Of a stretch of 22,310 nucleotides of DNA, positions 8,897-18,157 are shown in pieces. The notes beneath the pieces were generated by a model, which saw only the letters and a list, made by a program, of their open reading frames with translations, had not been told where the DNA came from and did no database searches. Each line of letters starts with the position of its first letter. Positions within the stretch are counted from its first letter, which is position 1. Origin of the DNA: Candidatus Bipolaricaulia bacterium (GTDB taxonomy: Bacteria > Bipolaricaulota > Bipolaricaulia > JBHIAT01); the NCBI GenBank assembly GCA_046758705.1, contig JBHIAT010000044.1:1-22310 (forward strand), in the 5' to 3' direction. The translations under genes were made by a program, and so were the position numbers.

Positions 8897-9012
8897 CCAA
8901 GATCACTCCTTCAGTTCATTATAATAGCAAGCGACAGCACAGAGTCCAACACCAAACACTAGGGCCTTGAAACCACCCTCGGAATATCGTAAAACATCTA
9001 CGGGGCGCACGG

Positions 9013-9360
9013 ATGCTCAAATCGTATCTTGGCATGATCCTACTGACGATCATGGGGTCGATCGGAATGCCCAGTGCGATCACCCCACTGATCAGCCCGC
9101 AACTCCTGAAGGAAAAAGAGCGATTCGATTCTAATGGCAAGGCATTACTGGTAACGCTGGGTATCGTCAATTTCTCCGCCATCTTTTTAGGGGCTCGGAT
9201 GATCTTCGCAAACCAAGTCTATCTTGGAGCTTCAATCGGAATTATCTCGACCATCCTGATCTTGAGGTTATTGAGCGACCTCTGGATCACCACGATCAAT
9301 GTAAGGATGTTAGCAATCACCTGGGCAATGGGCCTTCTGATCATCCTGCTATTGGTCTAA
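9013..9360 (+). CDS. Hypothetical small membrane protein (about 4 hydrophobic segments)
   Basis: 115-aa ORF filling the gap between tpiA and rtcA, strongly hydrophobic. No family recognised and the RBS is weak. Confidence 0.6.
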   Translation: MLKSYLGMILLTIMGSIGMPSAITPLISPQLLKEKERFDSNGKALLVTLGIVNFSAIFLGARMIFANQVYLGASIGIISTILILRLLSDLWITTINVRMLAITWAMGLLIILLLV

Positions 9361-9399
9361 ACCAACGTTTCAACTCGGTATATCCCGAATATTATGTAC

Positions 9400-10407
9400 T
9401 CAAGATCGTATTGTGTGTTCATCAACCTCGAACTGCTTTCCTAGAATCGTCTCAATGACCTCGATGTTTGCCCGCATGTGATCAGTCATTTCCCGATAGT
9501 GGAACGCACCACCGAAGATCGCAATGTATGGAAGGATCTGGTCACACATATGGCGGTCGAGCGTCGCCCCAGAGACAAGCTCCTCAATTAAATCCTCAGC
9601 GGCCTCCTGCCCAACAATCTCGGAGGGTTTTCCTCGCTCCCCAAGAGCGCTAGCACCGATCACGGTTCGTTCATGCTCGGCCCACAGGACTATCCCGGAT
9701 CCCGGCGATGCCGTGTCCCGATACTCGGCACGGACCCCAACCTGCAGATTTGAAAACCGATCGACCAACGTCTGGCGGGTAGCGCGTGCCTGGCGCTCGG
9801 CGACCTTCGCGTTCTTCAGGTGGGTCGAGGCGAGCGAGCGACCCCGGATTCGCAACAGCTTTCCCCGCTCCTCCAGATCAACCCGGTGCTTGGCCTCGGG
9901 CGGATAGAACCGGGCAATCACCCGAGCCCCACCCTTAGGATAGAATCCATCCCGATCCACATGGAGCTTGGATCGATGCCCGAATCGTTTGAGGATGCGA
10001 AACTTCACGTAGGTTAGATAGGGTGCAGGTGGCGCCCACTTGCCAAATGTTGCACCACCGTTGATCCGAACCGCGACCGGTGTTGTTGCTTTTAAACAAG
10101 CAAGCTGGATCGGTTGGAGTGCCAGCCCGATCGCCCCGGCCGTGGGAATTTTTATCGAGATCGTCTTCCTGCGGATCTCACCGGGGTAGAACTCGACGGT
10201 CTCCGAACCGAACTCCATACCCACCACTCGATCGGCACACAGTTCAACGACCGCTTTGATCCCGGCAAGATGTTGGTGCTGGAGCCCAGATTTGGGCCGT
10301 GTCCGTCGGATGTGGATGATGCGCACCGGCACCCCGATCACCGCCGCGAGTCCGACCGCAATCCGGACAACGGACCCCCCACCGCGTGAGCCGTCGATCT
10401 CGATCAT
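9400..10407 (-). CDS. rtcA: RNA 3'-terminal phosphate cyclase
   Basis: MIEIDGSRGGGSVVR, GLQHQHL, GFYPKGG, VAERQ, SPGSGI, LGERGKPSEIVG, DRHMCDQ, TDHMRAN (His that is adenylylated in RtcA). Confidence 0.95.
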   Translation of the reverse strand: MIEIDGSRGGGSVVRIAVGLAAVIGVPVRIIHIRRTRPKSGLQHQHLAGIKAVVELCADRVVGMEFGSETVEFYPGEIRRKTISIKIPTAGAIGLALQPIQLACLKATTPVAVRINGGATFGKWAPPAPYLTYVKFRILKRFGHRSKLHVDRDGFYPKGGARVIARFYPPEAKHRVDLEERGKLLRIRGRSLASTHLKNAKVAERQARATRQTLVDRFSNLQVGVRAEYRDTASPGSGIVLWAEHERTVIGASALGERGKPSEIVGQEAAEDLIEELVSGATLDRHMCDQILPYIAIFGGAFHYREMTDHMRANIEVIETILGKQFEVDEHTIRS

Positions 10408-10422
10408 AGTACTCTATTATCC

Positions 10423-10431
10423 ATTATATCA
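10423..10431 (-). promoter_or_regulatory. Extended -10 promoter element (TGaTATAAT) for rtcA
   Basis: Minus-strand TGATATAAT ending 15 nt before the rtcA ATG. Confidence 0.55.
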
Positions 10432-10465
10432 CGGACTTCCGCTTAAACTTAGGCTCCAGCAACGC

Positions 10466-10494
10466 TTGCCGACCAACTCTTTCTTTATCATAAT
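10466..10494 (+). promoter_or_regulatory. sigma70-like promoter for the SDR gene
   Basis: TTGCCG (10466-10471), 17-bp spacer, CATAAT (10489-10494). Confidence 0.55.
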
Positions 10495-10517
10495 GGGAAT
10501 GAGAAAAGATAGGACGT

Positions 10518-11270
10518 GTGAAAGCTATGTCGAGACGATCCTTACTGATCACCGGGGCGGCCGGCCTGATCGGCGGACTGCTCGTCAATCACTTCAGAGA
10601 CAAATATGAGCTGCGCTTGCTCGATCGTACGGCGATCGCCGGAGAGGATACGATCGTGGCCGATATCTCTGATCTCGACGCGATATCAGATGTGTTCTCA
10701 GGGATCGATACGGTGGTCCATCTGGCAGCCGACCCCGGGCTGGAAACCCCCTGGGAAATGCTTCTCCCCGACAACATTATCGGCACCTATCACGTCTTTA
10801 AAGCCGCCCGGCGGGCCAGCGTCAATAAGATCATCTATGCGAGCTCGAACCACGTCACCGGGATGTATGAACGGGTCGATCCGCCCCTATACCGGCGAGA
10901 GCGCCCGCCCCAGATCGATCACACCGTCCCGATCCGACCGGATAGCCTTTATGGAGTGAGTAAGTGTTTCGGCGAAGCATTGGGCCGGTTCTATGCCGAG
11001 GAGTACGGCATCTCAGTGATCTGCCTTCGGATCGGTTCGGTGCTCAGGGACAATGATCCATCTCGCGATGAGCGGTTTCGTTCCACCTGGCTCAGCCACC
11101 GCGATCTCGCCCAGCTAGTGGAGCGGTGTGTCGAGGTCGAGGGGCTTATCTTCGAAATTTTCTATGGCGTCTCGAATAACACTCGCCAGTTTTGGGATAT
11201 CTCCCATGTACGGGAGATTCTGGGGTATAATCCTCAGGACAATGCCGATTCTGTCCTGGCCGGTGTATGA
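10518..11270 (+). CDS. NAD-dependent epimerase/dehydratase family SDR, uronate dehydrogenase-like
   Basis: ITGAAGLIG, VVHLAA, YASSNHVTG, RPDSLYGVSK (YxxxK), CLRIGS, STWLSHRDL, YGVSNN. The start could be GTG 10518 or ATG 10527. Confidence 0.88.
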   Translation: MKAMSRRSLLITGAAGLIGGLLVNHFRDKYELRLLDRTAIAGEDTIVADISDLDAISDVFSGIDTVVHLAADPGLETPWEMLLPDNIIGTYHVFKAARRASVNKIIYASSNHVTGMYERVDPPLYRRERPPQIDHTVPIRPDSLYGVSKCFGEALGRFYAEEYGISVICLRIGSVLRDNDPSRDERFRSTWLSHRDLAQLVERCVEVEGLIFEIFYGVSNNTRQFWDISHVREILGYNPQDNADSVLAGV

Positions 11271-11329
11271 TATGATCGTACCGTGGAGATCGAGGTCATA
11301 CTCAGGGAAATTATCTTGACGCAGCCAGA

Positions 11330-12238
11330 ATGATGGAGATCATTCGAACCGAGAGGCTGACCAAGTTCTACGGACCGACGCGCGGTGTGGAAGACCTCAA
11401 CCTCGAGATCCAAACCGGCGAGATCTTCGGCTTTCTCGGACCAAACGGTGCCGGAAAGACGACAACGGTACGCCTGCTGCTCGGCCTGATCCGTCCGACT
11501 CGTGGACAGGCGACGATCTTCGGACTGGACACATGGCAAGATGCTGTCGCCATCAAGGAGAGACTCGGAGTCCTCTCCGAGGCGCTCAGTCTGTACGAAG
11601 GGATGTCCGGCGCGGAGTTCCTCCTCTTCATGGATCAGCTGCAGCCCCAACAAACTCCAACCCTGCGCGATGAACTCGCCGACCGGCTGAAGCTGAGCCA
11701 GCGCGATCTCGGCCGCCGGATCCGCGATTACTCCAGGGGGATGCGCCAGAAACTCGGGATCATCCAGGCGTTTCAGCATGATCCCGAACTCCTGATCCTG
11801 GATGAGCCAACCGAGGGGCTAGACCCGCTGATGAAACACGTGTTCTACGAACTCCTGGATGAGTGCCGGGACCACGGCCGGACAATCTTCCTCTCCTCCC
11901 ATATCCTATCCGAGGTGGAGCGGGTCTGCGACCGGGTGGCGATGATCCGTGACGGACGGTTGGTGGCGATTGATCGGGTGGAAACGCTGCAGCGTCGCAA
12001 GGTGCGGCGCATGGAGGTCACGTTCGCTCCAGGGGTAGAGATCGACAAGATCCAGTTGCCCGGCGCTACCATCGAACGAATCGAGAATCATCACGTCTGG
12101 TTGCTCGTCCGGGGGAATGCCGGCCCACTCATCCGAGAGCTCGCCCGCTACGATGTCGAAGACCTGGTCTTCGAACGTGCCCGTCTGGAAGAGGTGTTTC
12201 TCGAGTATTACCGCGGGGGAGAGGCACAGGAAACATGA
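11330..12238 (+). CDS. ABC-2 type exporter ATP-binding protein
   Basis: Walker A GPNGAGKTT, signature YSRGMRQ, Walker B LLILDEPT, H-loop LSSH. Confidence 0.95.
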   Translation: MMEIIRTERLTKFYGPTRGVEDLNLEIQTGEIFGFLGPNGAGKTTTVRLLLGLIRPTRGQATIFGLDTWQDAVAIKERLGVLSEALSLYEGMSGAEFLLFMDQLQPQQTPTLRDELADRLKLSQRDLGRRIRDYSRGMRQKLGIIQAFQHDPELLILDEPTEGLDPLMKHVFYELLDECRDHGRTIFLSSHILSEVERVCDRVAMIRDGRLVAIDRVETLQRRKVRRMEVTFAPGVEIDKIQLPGATIERIENHHVWLLVRGNAGPLIRELARYDVEDLVFERARLEEVFLEYYRGGEAQET

Positions 12239-13038
12239 ACCTGACGCTGCTTCGAAAATATCTCAAAAAGAGCCGGTTCATCCTGCTGGCTTCGGCCGTC
12301 TTTCTCGCTGGGTTCCAGTATATGTTTGTCGCACTCTCCCCCTCCATCGGGGAAGAGTTCACAGTCTATCTCGATGCTCTGCCATCAGCGATTCGGGCGC
12401 TTCTGGGCGGGCAGTTGACACAGATGTTGGCTCTCGACGGCTTCCTGGCAATCGGCTACAGCCATCCGCTCGTCCTGATCACCCTGAGCGCGTTCGCCAT
12501 CGCGCTGGCAGTCCGGGCGCTTGCCGGTGAGATTGAACGCCGGACAATCCGCCTGCTACTCGCCCGACCGATCCCACGATATAAGATGCTAACCAGCAGC
12601 GCCGCTGCGGTGATCGCTGGACTGATCGTCCTCATGATAGCCATGTGGGTCGGGACAGCCCTGGGAACGGTGACCGTCAATACCGAAACAACACCGGACC
12701 TGTCCGGCTTCGCCCTGGTCGCAATCAACGGCTTCTTCCTGTTCCTGGCGATCGGGGGATACGCGTTCCTCTTCTCAGCCGTCTCTGTGCGCGTCGGTCA
12801 GGCAATCCCACTCGCCGCCGGACTGACTGTGTTCCTGTTCTTGCTCAACTTCCTCGCCCAGCTGTGGAAGCCAGCTCAGTTTCTGAAAAACATATCGATC
12901 TTCCACTACTATCAACCGCAGGAGATCCTCAATCGTGGCGGGCTCGCTATCGTCGACCTCGGCGTGCTGCTCGGCGTCGCTGTCGTCACGTTCGCACTCG
13001 CCTGGTTCGCGTTCCAAAGACGGGATATCTCGGTATGA
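12235..13038 (+). CDS. ABC-2 type exporter permease
   Basis: Six hydrophobic segments, GEIERRTIRLLLARPIPR, C-terminal FQRRDI. Start overlaps the ATPase stop (ATGA). Confidence 0.92.
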   Translation: MNLTLLRKYLKKSRFILLASAVFLAGFQYMFVALSPSIGEEFTVYLDALPSAIRALLGGQLTQMLALDGFLAIGYSHPLVLITLSAFAIALAVRALAGEIERRTIRLLLARPIPRYKMLTSSAAAVIAGLIVLMIAMWVGTALGTVTVNTETTPDLSGFALVAINGFFLFLAIGGYAFLFSAVSVRVGQAIPLAAGLTVFLFLLNFLAQLWKPAQFLKNISIFHYYQPQEILNRGGLAIVDLGVLLGVAVVTFALAWFAFQRRDISV

Positions 13039-13103
13039 AACCTGAAACCAAGCGTCTCCCCGAAATTTCACCATGAAGACCGCCTTTTACTTCGGCCAAC
13101 AAA

Positions 13104-13132
13104 TTGCTCGTTCGAGAATTCTCTGGTAAAAT
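13104..13132 (+). promoter_or_regulatory. sigma70-like promoter with a palindrome in the spacer
   Basis: TTGCTC (13104-13109), 17-bp spacer, TAAAAT (13127-13132) with TG extension. Perfect palindrome GAGAATTCTC at 13114-13123. Confidence 0.5.
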
Positions 13133-13169
13133 TGCCTTAATCCGATGAGAGCAAGCAAGAGGTGACAGG

Positions 13170-14054
13170 ATGGGCGACAGAATACTGTTCCCTACCAGTG
13201 TTGTCGGAAGTCTGCCCCGACCGCGTTGGCTGCTCGATCTCCTCGAACGACATCAGCGCGGTGAACTCGATGAGGTGGAACTGGACCGGGCACTGGATCA
13301 GGCCGTCTCATTTGCGATCGCCCTCCAGGAGGCTGCCGGGGTCGACATCCTCTCCGACGGTGAATGGCGTCGACTCGGCTACTTTGAGGTGTTCGCCCAG
13401 CGGGTTGATGGCTTTACCACCGGGCAGTTCGACACACCAGCCGAGTCGAGCCCTACCGCCCAACAGCGGGCACCACAGCGCTGGACACTCAAGCCATTTC
13501 CTCAAGCGGTCGTAACGCGAAAAATCCGCTACCGGCGACCGATCGTGGCCGAGGATGCCCGGTTCTTGAAACACCACGCCGCTCACCCGATCAAGGTCGC
13601 TCTGCCCTCCCCCTACCTCGTCGCCAATCGCCTGTGGCACCCAAACTACTCCCAAGATGCCTATCCCACCCGGGAGGCGTTCATCAAGGCGGTCATTCCG
13701 ATCTTCCAACAGGAACTGGAATTGGCGATCGACAGCCTCAACCAGGTCGTGGACGGCCTCGACGGCATCAAGACGGCGCTCCATGTCTGCCGTGGCAACC
13801 GCGAACGGGTGAACTTCGCCTCAGGAGACTACGGACCGATCCTGCCGTATCTCTATTGCACCCAGGTCGATCAACTCGTTATGGAGTTCGCCCTCCCGGA
13901 AGCCGGTGGAATCGACGTTTTCAAAAAATACCCGCCGGAACATGAGATCGGCTTCGCCCCGACAAGCACCAACCCCATCCCGATCGATGAGGCGTATCTG
14001 AAGCTTCACGCCCAGTCCGAAGCAACCTGGATCCTCAGGAAACGCTACGGATGA
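13170..14054 (+). CDS. Cobalamin-independent methionine synthase II (MetE C-terminal/core) family protein, apparently internally deleted and possibly non-functional
   Basis: TSVVGSLPRP, QEAAGVDILSDGEWRR, KVALPSP, HVCRGN (Zn His/Cys) and VMEF are present. The usual IQxD(E/D)P and NPDCG segments are absent. Confidence 0.8.
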   Translation: MGDRILFPTSVVGSLPRPRWLLDLLERHQRGELDEVELDRALDQAVSFAIALQEAAGVDILSDGEWRRLGYFEVFAQRVDGFTTGQFDTPAESSPTAQQRAPQRWTLKPFPQAVVTRKIRYRRPIVAEDARFLKHHAAHPIKVALPSPYLVANRLWHPNYSQDAYPTREAFIKAVIPIFQQELELAIDSLNQVVDGLDGIKTALHVCRGNRERVNFASGDYGPILPYLYCTQVDQLVMEFALPEAGGIDVFKKYPPEHEIGFAPTSTNPIPIDEAYLKLHAQSEATWILRKRYG

Positions 14055-14079
14055 TCCCAGAAGGAGGAAGTGAGGGGGG

Positions 14080-15489
14080 ATGAGCGACGATATTCGATTC
14101 TACCGAGATCAGATTAAGGTGTTCCAGGCGATCAGCCGGTTGCTGGAACGATCGATCTCCCCGGGCCACGTGCTGGAGGAGACTCTGTGGCTTATCGATA
14201 ACCTGCTGAGAGCGGACGGCAGCTCGATCGTGATCCACGATGAGCAGCAAACAGACCAGCTGGTCTTCAGGACCGTCAGCGGTGGGATGAAGGGGATGCT
14301 CGAAGGGCAGAGGATGCCGGTGAACCAGGGGATCGTCGGCTGGGTGATACGCAACGGCAAACCCTTGAATATCAGCAATCCCGAGGAGGATCCCAGGTTC
14401 TACCGGAAGATGGATGAGAGCATCGGTTACCAGACCGAAAACGTCCTGTGCGTCCCACTGAAGCTGAAGAACCGAACGATCGGAGCGATCGAGCTCATCA
14501 ACAAACGAGATAGGCCGGGGTTCACTGACGAAGATCAAAAAATGGTGACCGCCATCGCCGGCCAGACAGCCATCCTCCTCGAGAACGTCCATCTCGAGGA
14601 TTTAGAATATCTGAACAAAGTCATCCGATCCCTCAACGAGGCGGCGAACCTGGAGAAGTTGCTAAACATCGCCCTGCAATGTGGGATTGAACTCGTACCC
14701 GGTGCCGAATGTGGCTTCTTTACGCTTCTAGATGAGGAAAACGGAGAGTTCGAACTGCGAGCAACGGTCGAGTTGACTCCACAGGAGCTCGACCGATTCT
14801 CCTCAGGGGAGCCAGCTGAGCCATTCGCCGCCTCGATATCGATCCCCATCGAACAAGCAGGGAGGGTAATCGGGTACCTCAACCTCTGTCATCGGACCGA
14901 TCCGAACGCGTTCGATGAGCAGGACGTCAGTCGGGTCAGTAAGCTGGTTCCGGAGATCAACCTCGCGATCGAGCGCGTCCGAGAGCGGGAACGACTGAAG
15001 GAGATGGCCAGAAAGGATCAGTTGACCGGGCTCTACAACCGCCATTTCTTTAACGAGATCATCGTCCGGGAGCGGAACCGGTCTCGAAGATACAAGCACC
15101 CGATCTCCCTCCTGTTGCTGGATGTGGACGGGTTTAAACAGATCAACGATGAGTTCGGCCATCAGATGGGGGATCGGGTGCTCAAACAGGTGGCTGACCT
15201 GGTGCAACGACAGGTTCGGGGGGTCGATATGGTGATTCGATACGGTGGGGATGAGTTCCTGGTGATGATGCCCGAGACAGATCATGATGGGGCGTACCAG
15301 GTCGCCACCCGGCTGCGCGAGCGGATCGCCACCTGGCAGGCGGAGCCAGGGTTGGGTCACCTGCGTCCCACGTTGAGCCTCGGCTTCGCCTGCTGGCCTT
15401 GGGATGATGAGCGGGAAGCCCAGGGGGTCCTCGCCGAGGCAGATCGACAGATGTACCAAGATAAGCACGGCAATAATGTGGTATCATAA
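14080..15489 (+). CDS. GAF-GAF-GGDEF diguanylate cyclase
   Basis: GAF1 (GIVGWV...LCVPL...IGAIELINK...FTDED), a shorter GAF2, DQLTGLYNR, DVDGFKQINDEFGHQMGD, I-site RGVD and active site RYGGDEF. Confidence 0.95.
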   Translation: MSDDIRFYRDQIKVFQAISRLLERSISPGHVLEETLWLIDNLLRADGSSIVIHDEQQTDQLVFRTVSGGMKGMLEGQRMPVNQGIVGWVIRNGKPLNISNPEEDPRFYRKMDESIGYQTENVLCVPLKLKNRTIGAIELINKRDRPGFTDEDQKMVTAIAGQTAILLENVHLEDLEYLNKVIRSLNEAANLEKLLNIALQCGIELVPGAECGFFTLLDEENGEFELRATVELTPQELDRFSSGEPAEPFAASISIPIEQAGRVIGYLNLCHRTDPNAFDEQDVSRVSKLVPEINLAIERVRERERLKEMARKDQLTGLYNRHFFNEIIVRERNRSRRYKHPISLLLLDVDGFKQINDEFGHQMGDRVLKQVADLVQRQVRGVDMVIRYGGDEFLVMMPETDHDGAYQVATRLRERIATWQAEPGLGHLRPTLSLGFACWPWDDEREAQGVLAEADRQMYQDKHGNNVVS

Positions 15490-16966
15490 ATTCATTACCT
15501 GGCCATTGTGGGTCATCCTGCTGATCACCTCCCTCTCTCCCTTCAGCGCCAGTGCTGCGCCAGTCAACGTTCATCGGGTCGCGATGATCCCCACCGCCCA
15601 AAGGGACTTGGACCAACTGGGCGATCTGCCCCGCTACTGGATCGAGATGACCATCGATCTGGAAGCGAGAGTGAGGCCAAACTTCACCGGTCGGGAGCGG
15701 ATCCTGTTCACCAATCATGAGAAACTTTCCCTTAAAGACCTCTACCTCCGTCTCTACCCCAACGGGGGAGCCGGCTACGGCAACGGTCGGCTCACGGTGA
15801 CCGAAATCCGGCTCGACGGGCAACCAGTTCGGTTCCAGTTGGAGATCGATGGAACGGCAGTCCGGGTGCCGCTCCCCGAGCCGTTGGCGCCGGGAGAGGA
15901 ACTGATGCTGGAGGCAGTGTTCACGGGTAGGGTGGCCAACGCGTTACGAGGTGAGGGGATCGGTTACGGAGTCTACAGCCAGCTTAACGGCCTGCTCACC
16001 CTGGCCAACGGCTACCCGATCCTGGCCGTCCTCGACGACGATGGCTGGAACCTGGACCCGGTCGGCGGCCCAGGCGATGCCGTTTACAGTGATGTCGGTC
16101 TCTACGAGGTGTCGATCACCGTCCCCGAGACCGCCCAGGTTGCCGCATCAGGGATCGAGATGGAGGCAAGCCAAAACGGAAATGGGACGGTGACACATCG
16201 CTACGTCAGTGGCCCGATGCGAGATTTCTTCATCGCAGTGGGAGACCGACTCTCCGTGCTCAGCGAACAGGTCGGCGACACGGTCGTCAACGCCTACTTT
16301 CTGCCCGAGGATGCGTCGGGCGGGAGCCGAGTGCTGGAGATCGGGGTCGCAGCGCTCGAACTCTTCAACCGACGCTTCGGCCTCTATCCGTATAAGGAAC
16401 TGGATATCGTCGAGCTTCCGGTCCGCCGTTCCCTGGGGGTCGAGTATCCGGGGATCGTGCTCATCGCCAAACCGCTTTACCAGAACCCCGACAACTTCAC
16501 GCTCCAGATGTTCGTCTCTCATGAGGTCGCGCATCAGTGGTGGTACGGTGTCTTGGGAAACGACGTCATCGAAGAGCCGTGGCTCGATGAGGCACTGGCC
16601 ACCTACACCTCGGTCGTCTACCTCGAGGAGGTATTCGGAGCCCGTGCAGCACAGGATACCTTTCGCTTCTTCAGTCAGCGCTACCAGGATATACGCGCCC
16701 GGGGAATACAGGAGCCGATCACTGCCCCTGCTCCCGAGTTCGCCCGAGGTGGCTATACACCGGTTGTCTACTATGGTGGCGCGCTCTTCTACCGCGCGAT
16801 CCGCGAGCAGATCGGGGATGCGGCCTTTGATGAGGGCCTGCGAACCTACTACCAACAATTCAAGTACCGGATCGCCACCAGCACAGATCTCCTGAAGATC
16901 TTCGAACAGATCTCGGGTCAGGAACTCGATCCGCTTTACGAACAATGGCTGTTCTCCTCAGAGTGA
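15476..16966 (+). CDS. Secreted M1 family zinc aminopeptidase
   Basis: GVEYPG (GxMEN-like), HEVAHQWW followed by WLDEA (HExxH-x18-E), VYYGG. ATG 15476 gives a signal peptide ending in ASA and overlaps the cyclase stop by 14 nt. Confidence 0.92.
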   Translation: MWYHKFITWPLWVILLITSLSPFSASAAPVNVHRVAMIPTAQRDLDQLGDLPRYWIEMTIDLEARVRPNFTGRERILFTNHEKLSLKDLYLRLYPNGGAGYGNGRLTVTEIRLDGQPVRFQLEIDGTAVRVPLPEPLAPGEELMLEAVFTGRVANALRGEGIGYGVYSQLNGLLTLANGYPILAVLDDDGWNLDPVGGPGDAVYSDVGLYEVSITVPETAQVAASGIEMEASQNGNGTVTHRYVSGPMRDFFIAVGDRLSVLSEQVGDTVVNAYFLPEDASGGSRVLEIGVAALELFNRRFGLYPYKELDIVELPVRRSLGVEYPGIVLIAKPLYQNPDNFTLQMFVSHEVAHQWWYGVLGNDVIEEPWLDEALATYTSVVYLEEVFGARAAQDTFRFFSQRYQDIRARGIQEPITAPAPEFARGGYTPVVYYGGALFYRAIREQIGDAAFDEGLRTYYQQFKYRIATSTDLLKIFEQISGQELDPLYEQWLFSSE

Positions 16967-17002
16967 ACAGATACGAGACATAGCCCCCCTGTCCCTGTCA
17001 TG

Positions 17003-18049
17003 TCATGATACAGTGGCCTCCTCAACTTGGCGACGGGTGATCCGCCTGCCAATCACCTCGGCGATCCGTCCCAGTTCATCCATCAGCCGGATGAAATCCT
17101 CGGGAAGGAGCGCCTGAGCGCCGTCACATAATGCGTTCCCCGGATCGTGATGGATCTCGACGAGCAGTCCATCCGCCCCGGCCGCCACCCCAGCTCGCGC
17201 GAGTGCCATCACCGGTTTTCGGATCCCCGCCGCGTGGCTCGGATCGACGATGATCGGCAAATGAGATCGCTCTTTGATCGCCGGGATCGCTGACACATCG
17301 AGTAGGAACCGGTGATGGTCGCCGAAGCTGCGGATCCCCCGCTCACACAGGGTGACCTGCTCGTTCCCCTCGGCCATGATGTACTCAGCAGCCATGAGCA
17401 GTTCCTTAATCGTCGCCGCCATACCGCGTTTGAGCAGGACCGGTCGGTCAACGTTGCCAACCGCCTTGAGCAAATCGTAGTTCTGCATGTTCCGGGTGCC
17501 GATCTGCAGGATGTCGGCATACTCGGCGACCAGCGCCACCTGGTCGACCGCCCGAACCTCGGTGACGATCAGCAGACCGTGGGCATCGGCCGCCTCCCGC
17601 ATCATCCGTAGGCCTGCCGCCCCGAGACCCTGAAAACTGTAGGGGGAAGTCCGCGGTTTGAACGCCCCACCCCGCAGTACCTTCGCCCCTGCCGCAGCCA
17701 CGATTCGGGCGATCGCCTGGATCTGTTCCTCGCTCTCGATCGTACACGGACCGGCCATCATCACCACCTCATCACCGCCGATCCGGACACCGTCAAGCTC
17801 AATGACCGTCCCTTCCGGTTTGAATCCACGGCTGGCAAGTTTGTAGGGCTCGGTGATCTCCAGCACCTCGTGGACGCCGTCAAGCACCTCGAGTTCCCGG
17901 GCGTCGCCCCCCTCTGGTTCGCCAATCGCCCCGAGAATCGTTCGGGTCACCCCCGTCACCCGATGAACCTGAAACCCAAATGCCTTCAACTTATGGGTCG
18001 CCGCCTCGATCTGCACTTCGGTCGCGTTCGGTTTCATCACCACAACCAT
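17003..18049 (-). CDS. aroF: DAHP synthase type I-beta with N-terminal ACT/ferredoxin-like regulatory domain
   Basis: MVVVMK N-terminal domain, AGPCTIES, RGGAFKPRTSPYSFQG, QIGTRNMQNY, LLKRG, LCERGIR, DPSHAAG, ALCDGAQ. Confidence 0.96.
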   Translation of the reverse strand: MVVVMKPNATEVQIEAATHKLKAFGFQVHRVTGVTRTILGAIGEPEGGDARELEVLDGVHEVLEITEPYKLASRGFKPEGTVIELDGVRIGGDEVVMMAGPCTIESEEQIQAIARIVAAAGAKVLRGGAFKPRTSPYSFQGLGAAGLRMMREAADAHGLLIVTEVRAVDQVALVAEYADILQIGTRNMQNYDLLKAVGNVDRPVLLKRGMAATIKELLMAAEYIMAEGNEQVTLCERGIRSFGDHHRFLLDVSAIPAIKERSHLPIIVDPSHAAGIRKPVMALARAGVAAGADGLLVEIHHDPGNALCDGAQALLPEDFIRLMDELGRIAEVIGRRITRRQVEEATVS

Positions 18050-18157
18050 CTTCTTGAACCCCCCTTTCGGTCTCTGACAGATGGAAGAACATGGACATAC
18101 ACCGCTTTTGTCCTAGAACACTTCAAAAAGAGTTTGGCGGAATCGGAGGTTGGTGAA

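Noticed and set aside
13039-13169. SAM or cobalamin riboswitch upstream of the MetE-like gene
   Set aside because: No recognisable consensus, and the predicted promoter leaves only a ~30-nt leader.
15404-15475. Longer N-terminus for the M1 peptidase
   Set aside because: It overlaps the GGDEF coding region by 86 nt. ATG 15476 yields a clean signal peptide.
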